Of a stretch of DNA of 64,000 nucleotides, positions 11,591 through 24,468 are shown piece by piece (within the stretch, counting starts at the first letter, position 1; each line of letters starts with the position of its first letter). The notes below the pieces were generated by a model that ran no database searches, had not been told where the DNA came from, and saw nothing but the letters and a program-made list of their open reading frames with translations. The stretch spans positions 5,142,587-5,206,586 of the forward strand of contig CM120648.1 of assembly GCA_051362555.1 (NCBI GenBank), read 5' to 3'. The position numbers and the translations under genes are program-made. This stretch comes from Lingula anatina (Eukaryota; Animalia; Brachiopoda).

Positions 11591-13073
11591 TTTTTGACTA
11601 GGCCAATGTCGATGACAGTTTTAAATGTTGTTGTTGATGAGTGTGTTGTTTTATTGTGTTCTACTTCAGTTTAGTTTGTTGGGAGCTTATCTCTGAGCTT
11701 TGAGCAAAGATAAGTAAAGAAAAAGATTGAATTTAGCTCTCCGCTTTTTATGTAAATGTAGAAGTATTTACCCTTCGTGTTATTCATGTATTATACATGT
11801 ACGTACATATTTATTCTTATTTGTACAGTAAATATTGATTTTCCAGGATTTAACGAATTGAGCCGAATTCCAAATTGTATTTTTTTTTAACAAAAGGCCA
11901 TCATTTTTGCATTACCCTTAGATCTAGGACTTGAGTGACCGAATTCTCCTTTTTTATATCCCCATGGCAATCTTCCAGCACTGAAACGCCCGCTTCAGGT
12001 AAAGTAAGTCCAGGACCAGCCGCGGCGTTTAAAGCAGGCATCACTTTACTCCCCATCCCCTACCACACACACACGCGCACAGCTGGCAACGGCTCAGTTC
12101 ACATCAGATTTAATTAGATCCAGTCGTAAGCGCTCACGAAAAAAAAAAAAATCGGTGCGTTCACGTTCCGAATGTTCTAAGGGGGGAGAGGGGGGTGTGT
12201 TGTTTACAATAAGACTACTAGGTCTACAGCGTGTTGTTAGATTAGAGAGAATGGATTGAATTTTGTCTCCCTTTTTTTCATGTTTCTGTCCTTTCGGAAA
12301 ATACGTCATCAGATGAGCAAAATAATTCACGGGAAATAATCCTGATTCACAGTGGTGTTTATTAATAATTTTGCAAAAAATAAATAAATAAATAAATAGA
12401 TAAATAAATAAATAAATAATAAATAAATAAAATAAAATAAAAAAATAAAAAACTCGAACAGTCACTTTAGACTGAGATTTGTTAAAAGTACATATATATC
12501 TTATAAGATCGTAATTCCAGAATGAATTGGAACCTGCAACATATTAGATAGATACAGATATACAAGTCCTATACGTATTTTTAAAGCAATGCGGTTCAGA
12601 CATGTTAAGATAAAAGCAATTTAAATCAGATCGGAATGAAAAAAGCGCGGTATGAACAGACATGGTGGTCAGGGCTAGCGATCACACTGCAGTTCTGTGC
12701 GTTCTTATACGGGGGATACGGTTCCCTAGTAAATGGACGGTACGCGTTTGCTATTTTAATGCGCTGCATTGTTTGTTTAGGAAAGCACTCGCTAAGTATC
12801 GCAAAGTAGCATCTTAAGTTTCTGATAATTAGTAAATTAACGAGAGATGTTTACAAAACGTCTCAATATTTCCAAACCCAGCCGATGCGGAGAGGCTTGT
12901 TTGTAAATACTATTATGATCGCGAAATCACTGATGATTTGGACAAATCTTACTGGCCATTTTTGGAGCTTTCGCGAAATAGGTATCCAACATCGGGCTTC
13001 TGATACAGGTGAATCGGTAGATTAACAATTAAAGTGCTTCTTGAGAATTCAGAGAATATGTTCTTCTCACAAA

Positions 13074-13113
<40 letters not shown>

Positions 13114-14639
13114 ATTTGATTTTACCTAGGATATTAGACAATATGTGAAGGCCATAACCACGTCTGTCTGGTTGACTACATCCCATCTTATTTTATTTTT
13201 TGAAAAGAAAAACAAAGTCAAAACTATCAAAAATCATTCTCTTTGCCAAATCAAATGAATTCTTTGGATGAGGATATCAAAGAAAGATTTTCTCAGACGA
13301 TTGAAAAAAAAAATCACCACCCACGGGTGTGTGTGGGTGGCAATCACGTGACCCGTGTCACCGTGACGTCCTGTCAATCATCGAGACGCGGTTCGATCGG
13401 TTCCTGTTACCTATATTTAGATCAGATAACGACTCTCAACGACGCACTGGGATTATGTTATCACACGGGACCGAAAACGCGGACACGAAAATGTTTCTAT
13501 TTTAAAACGTAACTTAAACACATAAAGATCTGAAAGAGAACTTAACTAAAATGCATAGTCGATATTTTTTACTTGATCTAGATTAAATGTATATGTCACT
13601 GCACCTTATAGTATAACATTCGGAATGGTACTTTTTAACTATTTTTATTGAAATTAGATTTTTTTAAAAAATTTACTATTTCATTCTTAACGAGAAGAAA
13701 TTTGGAGTTCACACAATTTTTTGTATAATTTCATTATTTTAAAAGATTTAATGTAATTTTTCAGTAATCTGGGCGATCTCATTGTCATGTGAGATACATG
13801 TGACTTTCGTCTTAAGCCTAATAACAGAATCTTTGCACCGTTCCTCCTTAACTAATAGGCAACGTGACTTGTTAAAGGATTTACGTGAAGGTATACCCCA
13901 AATTGTAACTTCAACGAAAAGAAAAACGAATAACAGATTTTGGCCAGAAGTTTCATCATCTATATGATAGTTGTGATAAGGATTCAATTTGAAAAAATAC
14001 ACGCAATCATCTCGTTTCATAGGTGCGTAGAAAAAATTATTGATGACACAGGCAAAAATTGTCACATTGTTACTATGTTGTCCATTTCCTTGTCTATTAC
14101 TTCACTGCCTAGCGACGCCTCACGTGCAGCATATACCCGCTCCTTGACCTGTCAATCATCCCGGAGACACTTGTACTCACGACCGGGGTTTATACAACAG
14201 TCGCTATATTATCTATAAACATGTTTTCGCCTGGAACAGCAACATGAAAAATAGAAATGTTATCATTTTCGCACGATGTGATCACAACACGTCATGGCAT
14301 GAGTGCACCGAAATGCGCCAGTTTCTTTTTTTACAATCCACAGCAGCAGAAAATGTTATCAAAAGACTCACTTTAATACTAACGAGCTAAGGTTAAACAA
14401 GAACGGAGATCAAATAAAAGCACTAGTTCCGCTAGGGCAATTTCTAGCTTGTTGACATATTGTGATATAACATTTTTCATATCAAAGTTTAATTCTAGTG
14501 TTATTAACGTACGGGAAACGAAAAAAAAAAAAAAAAAAAAAAAAAAAACTGCCAGAAACCGCTTTTCCAATAAAGATCTTGCAACGAAGCTACTAAAATA
14601 TACGTACGTTTGAGATCAATTTTTATCCATGGTTTCACC

Positions 14640-14752
14640 CTGTGTGCGTGTGAGTGTACATGTGTGTGTGTGTGTGTGTGTGTGAGTGTACATGTGTGCG
14701 TGTGCGTGTCGATGTGTGTGTGTGCGTGTGTGTGTGTGCGTGTCGATGTGTG

Positions 14753-14795
<43 letters not shown>
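14640..14795. repeat. Compound (GT)n microsatellite
   Basis: Long interrupted GT/GC dinucleotide tract. Confidence 0.9.
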
Positions 14796-14796
<1 letters not shown>

Positions 14797-17428
14797 AAGT
14801 TCTGGTTAATATTCAGATGTATGATGCATAGGAAGTAATAGCTTTAAACAAGGTTACAAACAAAATTTAAAGGTGAATTTTGGCAAATCTACACTAAAAA
14901 CCATATCTGACATTTGCCCTGGTTTACTCTAGCCGCCAAAATCCATCCCGCTCTATTCTAATTTTTTTGAGATTGTAATTGACGTCTGGACCCTAAATCC
15001 CCCTCTTCCCTTTTTTCAGTATCAATATGCACGACGTACGTAGAAAATTGGCACGTGTCAATCTCAATTTGACAAATATTATTTGACTGGATAACTGTAT
15101 AAAAAATAAACAAATAAACATTAGTAGAAGTCCACGAAGTTGAGTTGTCCGAGTCTTTTCCTGCTATCGTTGGCATCTGTAACCGGTAGAAAAGCAAAGC
15201 AGAGACGCTGCGAACGTGAGGTTGAAGTACATCATGTCTTTACATAATCACATAGGATTAAATAAATAAACCATCAAATACAGCACGCTACCATTTCACT
15301 TGGGGATGATTGAATAATTGTGCTACAGAAATTCAGTATTTATGATATTAGTCGAAATTTATAAATATTCGCAAGTGCTAATGAACACGGAACAGAAAGG
15401 AAAGCATGCTTTAAGTGAAAGGTGGGGTGAACGAACTGCAGTTTTAAGAACTGAATAAAAAATTTAAAAAAAAAAAAGACAATGAACGATAATATTTTAA
15501 AAAAAAATAACGTGCGTTTATGACAGGCCTTTGAAGAAAAAAACATAAGCACACTTTTCGCAGGACTCTTTCGGGTTAAATGTTAAAGTAGATATCAGGT
15601 CCATGCCGAAGAGAATTTCTTATAATCAAAATCAAATAAACCTGGATGTAGCAAGAGAGCAATGACATCGTTAACCATATTTTTTGACTCCTACATGTTT
15701 CAAGTTCAATCCGTTTAGTTTAACAACCTTTTCTTGGTTACATCAGTCAACCTGTTGTTAAAACATCGCATATAAGTCCTTAAGAGAATTTACAAACACG
15801 GGTTAGACGCTTGGGAAACATTATGGATCGTGTTTTATAACCATGGTATATTGGGCTGCCAAAGAGCGATGGACACTTGCTTTACATTTGCATTCTAGGG
15901 GTTAATTTCTGGTATCAAAATGTCTCACTTTATCTCCCCACCCTCCACAACACACACATGCGCGCGCGCACACACACACGCATACCTTCTGCCCACTTCC
16001 ACTGATTTATACTAAAAGAGTTTAATGCGCAAATCTGCTTTTCTATGGAATAATTTCATAATATATTTTTGGGAAATGAATGTTGCTTTACACGGGTGTA
16101 TAGTGGTCTTATAATGAAAACAGAACTGGGGTCTTTCTAAATCTGTTTGCTGCATGTAAACTGTAGAGAAAAGGATAGCGCGTTACTGCAGTCATATTAT
16201 ATACATAGTAAGAATCTGAATTCATTCACAAAAATGTAAGGGAAGAAACAATCGTCTATACTCATTATTTGTAACTAATAAGTTGAGCCCAATACCTATT
16301 ATATTTGTATTCTTACTTGACAAATAACATAAATACCCAATATAACACAATGGCAAGTATCAATTAGAAATAATAACATTTTTTTCTGTAGGTTAAGCCG
16401 ATAAGTTCTTATCAGTAGGCTACAAAAATAATATATGAGGGTGAAGCTTTCGAATGTTTTATATAATTAACAATGCCAGGTTAAGACAAATTACAAGAGA
16501 TTTTATTCATTCTCCGAAAAGTTTACAAGCTCGAAGAAAGTCTCCCATCCCCTCTTCGCGTCTTTCATTCTCTCTCTTTTTTCCTTTCCATTTTTTTAGA
16601 GGCAAGATCAGAGGACTTTGTATTATTGGAGTGAGCGGTACTTTAAATCGTAGATTTCTGCACGCATATTTGCCCTTACGACACGAAACAAAATCGCACA
16701 CTTAAAGCATTAGTAGCGCGAGTCTCAGGCGTTTCACTCATCGCTTGAAATTCGCAGTAAATGTAAGAAGTGGTGTCGGGAGTGAAATTGTAACCCCGCT
16801 TGTGGGTGGGCCGCGGAATATGAGAATAACTTGTAAAACAAACTACTTTTAATCCAAGAGGAAGATTACTGCTCCTACACCGCAAGCCACCGGGGCCGTA
16901 GTGTTTCATTTTCTTCGCCACTCAGCGCATCTGTAACTTCCATTTACAACAGCAAGGTCTGTTCGTCTGCTTCAAGGCGATGCCATTTTTCTTCTGCGGG
17001 GGTGCAAGAGTGAAAAAATCTGATCAGTTTTTTCTTTATTAGTGTGCAAGATAAGAAAAGCCAAATTATTAAATCTATCACTTTTCTTTCATTTTCCCCA
17101 ATTTAAATTTTATTCGTTTATTTTTTGTTCGCACTGATTTTTTTTTTCAAATTAATTCGCCCTGCATCCACTTCGAGATGCACTTCAAATCGTCTGCTCA
17201 GATAATAACCAATCTGCTTCCTGACACTTCTCCTGAACCGTTCTCGTCCAAAAATTACATGCAAGTTTCATTTACAACCAAGCGAATAATTTCAACGATT
17301 AGGGGCAACTCTACTTAGGTGGCAAGGCTTTGAGATTAGTGGAGTGAAAATCGGGGAGGACCGTTGTAACGCTTGATCGGGAAACATAGTGTGCTGAGAA
17401 AGCATTGACTTCTGGGTGACGGGACGGC

Positions 17429-17749
17429 GTTGGCATGGAAACGACACGCGCGTGCGTAACGCGATCTCTCGTTCAGGAGACGAGACAGTTGACAGGGGGA
17501 CATCAGCAATTAAACGTATAAGTGGGAAGATTTCGGTAGGTTGGAAACACTTGAACGTAGATTTTGTATCAACACCTTACGATTTACGTAAGTTGTTTTT
17601 CTACATGAAGAGGCGAACCTTTTAGGAACAATTAAATTGCGCCGACGAGAAATAATACTTCTTAGATTTACAGTTTCCATCAACGACATTCACAGTCCGG
17701 ACGGAGAGTGGACAGGCTTAGCACTTATTTCACAATTTCGTAGTTAGAG
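17429..17749 (+). promoter_or_regulatory. Putative FoxL2 core promoter, non-coding first exon and short 5'UTR intron (17588-17743)
   Basis: CpG-rich segment with X-box-like GTTGGCATGGAAAC (17429-17442) and TATA-like TATAAG (~17517). Consensus donor GTAAGT at 17588; acceptor TTTCGTAG at 17743, 6 nt before the ATG. Confidence 0.5.
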
Positions 17750-19726
17750 ATGGACAGATTTCCTTTCAAAGATACCTTCACGTTTGCTCAGGACATATTT
17801 AGGTCGACGCCGCCATCTGTAGTAGAGAAGGTGACTCTTTACCAGGAAGAGTGCGCAGGGGAAAACCATACACCGAATATGTTGGATCATCAAGTTAAAA
17901 CGGAGCCAGCCCTTCACACGTGGCACTTATCTCGCGCCGTAGACGGCAACGTTGACCCGACGAGGCCCCCAAACGTCGGCAACGCTGGCTTTACGTCAAC
18001 TGCGCCATTTCGGAGCATGTCTAAAATAGACGATAATCACAGCGGCGGCCATGGGGACATCGTCGCTGACGAAAAGAGATCTGAAAAGAAAACTGACTTT
18101 AAAGTCGCCAGCAAGATGAACAATACCAATAATAATAATAACAATAATAACGGAGGGAGTAACAAAAGCGAAGAAAAACTAGATCCTAATCAGAAACCTC
18201 CTTATTCTTACGTAGCTTTAATCACCATGGCCATTAAAGAATCCGGAGAAAAGAAACTGACACTAAACGGAATCTACCAGTACATCGTCAACAAGTTTCC
18301 ATACTACCAGAACTTAAGCACAAAGAAGCAAAAAGGTTGGCAGAACAGCATACGGCACAATTTAAGTCTCAACGAATGCTTCTTAAAGATCCCCCGAGAA
18401 GGGGGCGGCGAAAGGAAAGGAAATTACTGGGCTCTCGACCCCGCGTTTGAGGACATGTTCGAAGCGGGTAACTATCGCCGAAGAAGGCGTATGAAGCGTC
18501 CCTACCGCTCGCCAGTGTCCCTCCCGAAACCTTTGTTCACCGACTCCCCTTACGCCGCCTTCAACCACCTCTCCCCTCTGGCGGGGAAGAACTGCTTCTC
18601 GTCGCCGTATTCGACGTGTAATTGGGCTCTCAATCCGCCAGCCCCAGCACCGGCCAACCCGTCGCAGTTTAACTACGGGTAAGCTTTATTGGTTATATAC
18701 AGTTAAAATACCCTCTACCAGGTCCACAGATTGATTTTTTTCACTAGATATACACAGATATGTCTCCGGCTAATTCATGACACGATTCTCTGGGAGCTGG
18801 AGAAAAGTGCCCATAATTAATCTGTGGCCCTGGTAGAGGGCACACTTAAATCATGTATAGCCTATATATGTTACCTTTTTTACATGCAAACATTCCTTGC
18901 CTCTCTCTTTGTTTAGTTGTGTCTTCTTTGATTTAGTGTCAATCTTCAAATTTAATGTTTTTATGCTTAGCAGTGATTATTTAGCTTTTGTAGACAACGA
19001 AAATATTAATAACTAGTCAGATATACTCTTTGTGTATTTCTAATTTGTATTATTCTATAACCCCTTTCCCTCCCTCTCTCTCTCTCCTCCATTATCTCCT
19101 AAAGTGAACCAGTTTGTTTAGAAATGCTATAACGATGGTAGAGTAGATCTCAGGGCGTCGAAACACATGCACAGACACAAATATGCCGATATGTACTAAT
19201 GTGCACTTAAGAACACCGACTGTTAAATACGTTAACCTCTCGAATATAGACACTGGGCCGAAAACGCTTTGGATGAAAACCAAATTATGTATAAGTACAC
19301 CGGTAACGCAGTATTCTTTGGCAGCCTGTTCTCTTCTACACACACTGGACAATAGAAGTGTCATCCCTACTGAACCAATACTTTGGGGGAGATAAATGAC
19401 TGTGGAATGATATGCTCCTAGTATTATTTTATTAACATCAAATTTCACAAAAAGACCAACAATGCAATTCCATGGCACAGCGGTTTTACACTCATTAGTA
19501 ACATTATAAGTAGACCAGGCATTCTAACTTTGATTACTCTGATTCAGGGGGGACACTTCTATTGTCCAGTGTGTGTATTTTCAAAACTGTACAAAATGAT
19601 AAAACTTATTGATTATCAAGAGTAAAAAGAATCATGGATACGTTTCTGTTATTATTTCTTTGGTGATACTAAACTAAATAGGTGGATAAGTAGACGAAAA
19701 TATTGGGCACATTATAATGTCTATTT

Positions 19727-19801
<75 letters not shown>

Positions 19802-22800
19802 TAATTTGTACCATTACAAGACAATTAAGTTTATACCTAAATAGGCCATGCTCTTACGGTACAGCCTATGTAATGAATATAATGAATGGTAACACCGCAA
19901 CACAATTAAAGTTTTTGCTTTCATTCAATCGATCCAAAATACCTTCGAATTATCAAGTATGGTTTTGACGTGAAAAGTTCCTGTCTGAGTTAGCCTGTCG
20001 TTTGTTTAATTTGATAAAACTATAATATCATAGACATAGCTTCATTTTCTCATAAGTATACATCTAAGCATACCCTGATATTCCTGCACTCTTTACAGAC
20101 AATTTTCTCCTGATTTGACAGCCATATTACCCACTTCCTCACACATTCAGACCGGGCGTACGCGGACGTACTCGGCCATGCTCGGGCGTACTCGCCCACT
20201 TTTATTTTTCCTGATTTCACAACCATATGCCCAGTGTATTGTATTTTCTCATTTGTTCATACTAAGGCGTACTCAGGTGTGCTCCAGCGTTCTGTAATCC
20301 ACAGCGTTCTGTAATCCACCGATGAATTTCTCCCGATTTTTTGTAGTGAGAAGTTTGTTGCAACGTTTGTCTCAAAGGCATCTAGTGATACTATTTATCA
20401 TAAAGTGATATAAAAATAATGAAAAAGTGCAATATTAAATCTAGAAACAAAATGAGTGCAAAAAACTGATTATAAATTTTGATTTGTGCTGAATGCGACA
20501 CGATTCTGATAAAAAGCACAAACTTAATTTTTCTTAATTTTTAATGAGTAATAAGTGAGGCGGTGTTTTTTGTAAAAGGTGGTCTCTTTGTTCTTTCTTT
20601 TTGTTCTGGTTGTCAGTTAAATGCTTTTAAAGGGATCATTATATAACAATGTATGACATGTTCAAAGAAAAATTAATTTAAAATACGATTATACCAAATT
20701 AATTGTAATTGAACTAACAACACCAGCGAGGCCTATTTTCTTAAGTTAAAATATCAGGACCTTATTGCCAACTATTATGTGAATCTATCGGTTTTATCTC
20801 ATACTGAAAGTATGATTACTTTTATTATTATTATTATTATCATTATTATTATTATTACATTTTTGCTAACAATTATGATTAAAATGGAATCAAGCATGAT
20901 TTCACGGCACAGACAAATAGTCCGAGGGATATATAGCCAAGGTCACACAGAAGAGAGGCACAACAAAGCCCAGAAACTGTGACATGGGCTCGTATGAGAA
21001 CTGTATCCTTGTAGATACACAACCTCTTAGCTTATTTGTTCGTCTAGTTGTATTATTATTATTATAAGTCATGGGGAGTCTTCCAGCTTCTTGATTTCAA
21101 GGCTGCAAGCATTTGGTTTAAAATACCAAAATCTACTGGCTTGAAAAAAATAGAGTAATTTTTTTCTTCAATCAACAGGTAAATATTGAAATTGTTTACC
21201 TCCAATAATTCTGTCTAGAACATCCTCATCAGAGAATGAGGAAATATTGAAGGTAAACAATTTCAAGATTTAGCTGTTTGTTTAAGAAAAATTACTCTAT
21301 TCTTATTCTTATAACATAACACAGCTGATGAAATTCTTCTCTGACTACTGAGTTGCAATTTTGAAAAAAAAAGCAAAGAACACGACGAATGTCAAGCTTA
21401 TATCAAAATTTATAATGGTGGCAACTTCACTTGTATCTTGTTTGACAGAGGTGTTTTTCAAAGGGGGTTTTCTATTCACTACGACGGTCTTAGGGAAAAT
21501 TTTCACCAAATTTACACCGATATTTCTCTGACTATTTTGTGCATATTGGTATACTGTTCGACGAGGATAAGGGGCACAAAGAAGAGCTGATCCGGGCCTG
21601 GGTCTACGATACACAGTTTATTTTTCTCTCCGCGTAACTTCGTCAACGGGGCCAGTGCTGTGTTGTCATTTGATACGGAGAGAATCTTCACATTCTTTAC
21701 TCTGTTTTATTAGGCGATTTCTATCTTTGGATTATGCGCTTATTATGTTCTGAGGAAAATGTGATTTCGACCCACCGCAGGTTGTGTAGCCCCAGTTATG
21801 TGATTCGAAATTCCTCGAAATTATTTCCATGAAGTGCAATTGCCTGTGTGGCGTAGTGTTCTGTTTCCTAAGTTTTAAAAAAGAAAACAAAAACATGGCT
21901 GTTCTCAAATGATAAGTAGTTATTTCTACTTATTCATTTGTTATTCTCATTCTAGGAGAGTTTTTCAATCATTCTCTATAAGTTCCTGAAATAGGTAGGG
22001 AAATTAATCAAAATGAGTCAATTTGAGTCGCTTATACAAAGTACATATATGCAAACCATTACTCATTCGTACTTTTTTTTTTTTTTTTTTTTGAAAAAAA
22101 AAAAACAACCAAACACGGAAGTATTTCAAGAAGTCTCCCAGATCGTGTGGTAAGCTGTGCGTGAACAACTGGCTTTCGATAAATCTGATTAATTGAGGCA
22201 TTGCCTTATATTAGGACACGCCCTTGTAGATGCTTCACTTCGCTTATCTTTTTTATTTATTAGACAAAGTGTTTTAGAGCTTTTTGATATCAAGGTTGCT
22301 AGCATTTGGTTTAAAATACGATTTTTTTTTGGGGGGGGGGGAGGGGGAGGGGTAGCAAATTTGAAAAAAAAGCGAAGACGAAGAATGCCTAGCCTATTTC
22401 AAAATTTAAGAAGATGGCAACTTCACTTGTATGTTATCTGTGGTATTTTTCATAGGGGGACTTATATCCACTATCAGGGTCACACTGAGGGAGAATTTTT
22501 CACTAAATATCAACAGATATTTCTCTGACTATTTTGTGCATATTTCTATATTGTCCAGCGAAGGTAATGTACAAAGAAGAAAAAGTTTATTTTTCTCTCC
22601 TCGTAACTTCGTCAATGGGAGCAGTGCTGCGTTGTTATTTAACGCGGAGAAAATCTTCATATTCTTTGCTCTGAATTATTAATTATAACTGATTTCTATC
22701 TGTGGAAAAGCCTATGCGATTTTAAGTTCTGAGGAAAGTGTTTCATTAATTATAGCTGATTTTTATCTTTGGATTATGCATTTTTATGTTCTCATGAAAA

Positions 22801-24417
22801 TGTTACTTCGAACCACCTCAGGTCGTATTAATCTGTATATCTGGTTGTATTCAGCGAGAGTTCCCGCAGACTTGGAACGATCTATGAGGAATGATAGTTT
22901 CATTGGGCAAATGAGCCCCGAGTCTTGGTACGTACTTAACTCGTTTGGATATCGCAGTAAAACCAGCCAGAGACGACTGCTAACAATGCAGTGAAGATTG
23001 AGTTGGTTTTGTCGAATTATCTGTCAGTTCCTAATTACATTGCCCCCCTCCCGTCCCCTATTAATTTGCGATAAATTGTCTTCCAGTAAGGTTTACCGCA
23101 TATGATACTTGCCCCAAAAAATTATCCACCAAATTCCAATTAAAAAATAGAAGGTATTAGTGGGTAGAATTCAGTTGGTTTGAAACACTTGCCCGTAGAT
23201 TTTGTACAGACACCTTACGATTTACGAAAGTTTACCTTATATACAAACGTCAGCAAATGAAATTTTTATACCCTCCTCTCTATCTAAAAGTCATCATTCA
23301 TTTAATTTTTTATCTAGGCAAAAACTGTACAATAAAAAATTGATATCTTAGTTTGGAAAGCTTCGACTAAACAGGCAACATAGAATGCAATATTTGAGTA
23401 GTTTGTAATGTCATTTATAATATTACGCAGATTAAATTATTACCACCGATATTATTTCATATGCAGACTATAAAGGTCCAATTTTGAATACCAATAAAAT
23501 ATTGGTTAAATTTTGAAATCTGATTGGGAAAAGAACATTCTTCTTTAGCCGTATACAATCTAGTGGACGGGGAGTAGGCTGATTACGAATCGCAACTTAA
23601 TTTTTTTTTTTGTTGTTTGAACTATTAGCATGTCCACGGTTTCCATTGTGAAATGGCTATAATCGTTATTTGTTTTGTCTAACCACGATTTTAGAAACAA
23701 CTCATATCACGTCGAGCAAAATGTACATATTCTTGATGTATGACTTCCCGACCGAGCAGTGTGCATTTGCCCGAGATGATAAGCAAACTGGTATTTTACG
23801 ATATTTATTATGAAAAAAAAAACTAAAATAAGTTGTTGCAACATAGACATGTGTACATGTGTAAGTAAATATAAAAATAACACCGATTAGGCAATAGAAA
23901 TAAATTGCAAAGATGGTTTAGGTAAACAAGTTTTAAGTTTAACATAAGCGAAAGATAATGTAGCACACGTGTACATTGGAAAATACATGTATAAATTGGA
24001 CGTAATGTAATTACATAACATTGAGATTCCGTAAGTTCACGACAGAAAGTTGGGCAAGTGGCCCTATCAGACTGGCTTCGAATTTCTTTCTCTTTTGGAA
24101 CAAAAGTCAGTCGCCTGTCAGGAAAGAGAAAATAGTTATAATTTATTATAATTTCAGTTTAGTCCATAGGAGACTATGCACCAGAGGATTCGTCAGTTTC
24201 ATGGGATTTTATAAAGAGAAAAAAAGCAATAGAAGATGCTACTGTGTCATACTAAATCTTTTTAAAATGTTTCAAATTTTGGGTTTTCATTTTCATTTGC
24301 AAAGTTCAGAGATTTTTCAGAGCATCTAAAAGTGGAAATGAATTTTTCAGCCCCAAGAAAACTTTTGTTTTGATCTGTAGCCTCTGCAAGGATTCATTTT
24401 CCATTGTTCTCGTCCAT

Positions 24418-24468
<51 letters not shown>

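Noticed and set aside
12285-12318. Minus-strand CTGATGA...CGAAA hammerhead-like core
   Set aside because: The bases that should close stem II (C and C) cannot pair, and no stem I/III or cleavage triplet could be built.
16960-17200. Recurrent TCGTCTGCT motif (also near 26085, 27088, 39598, 56813)
   Set aside because: Scattered in unrelated contexts; cannot tell a transcription-factor site from a repeat-derived word without genome-wide counts.
10370-17749. MRPS22 between COPB2 and FoxL2, as in vertebrates
   Set aside because: No exon-like MRPS22 sequence recognised on either strand by eye; a TBLASTN would be needed to exclude remnants.
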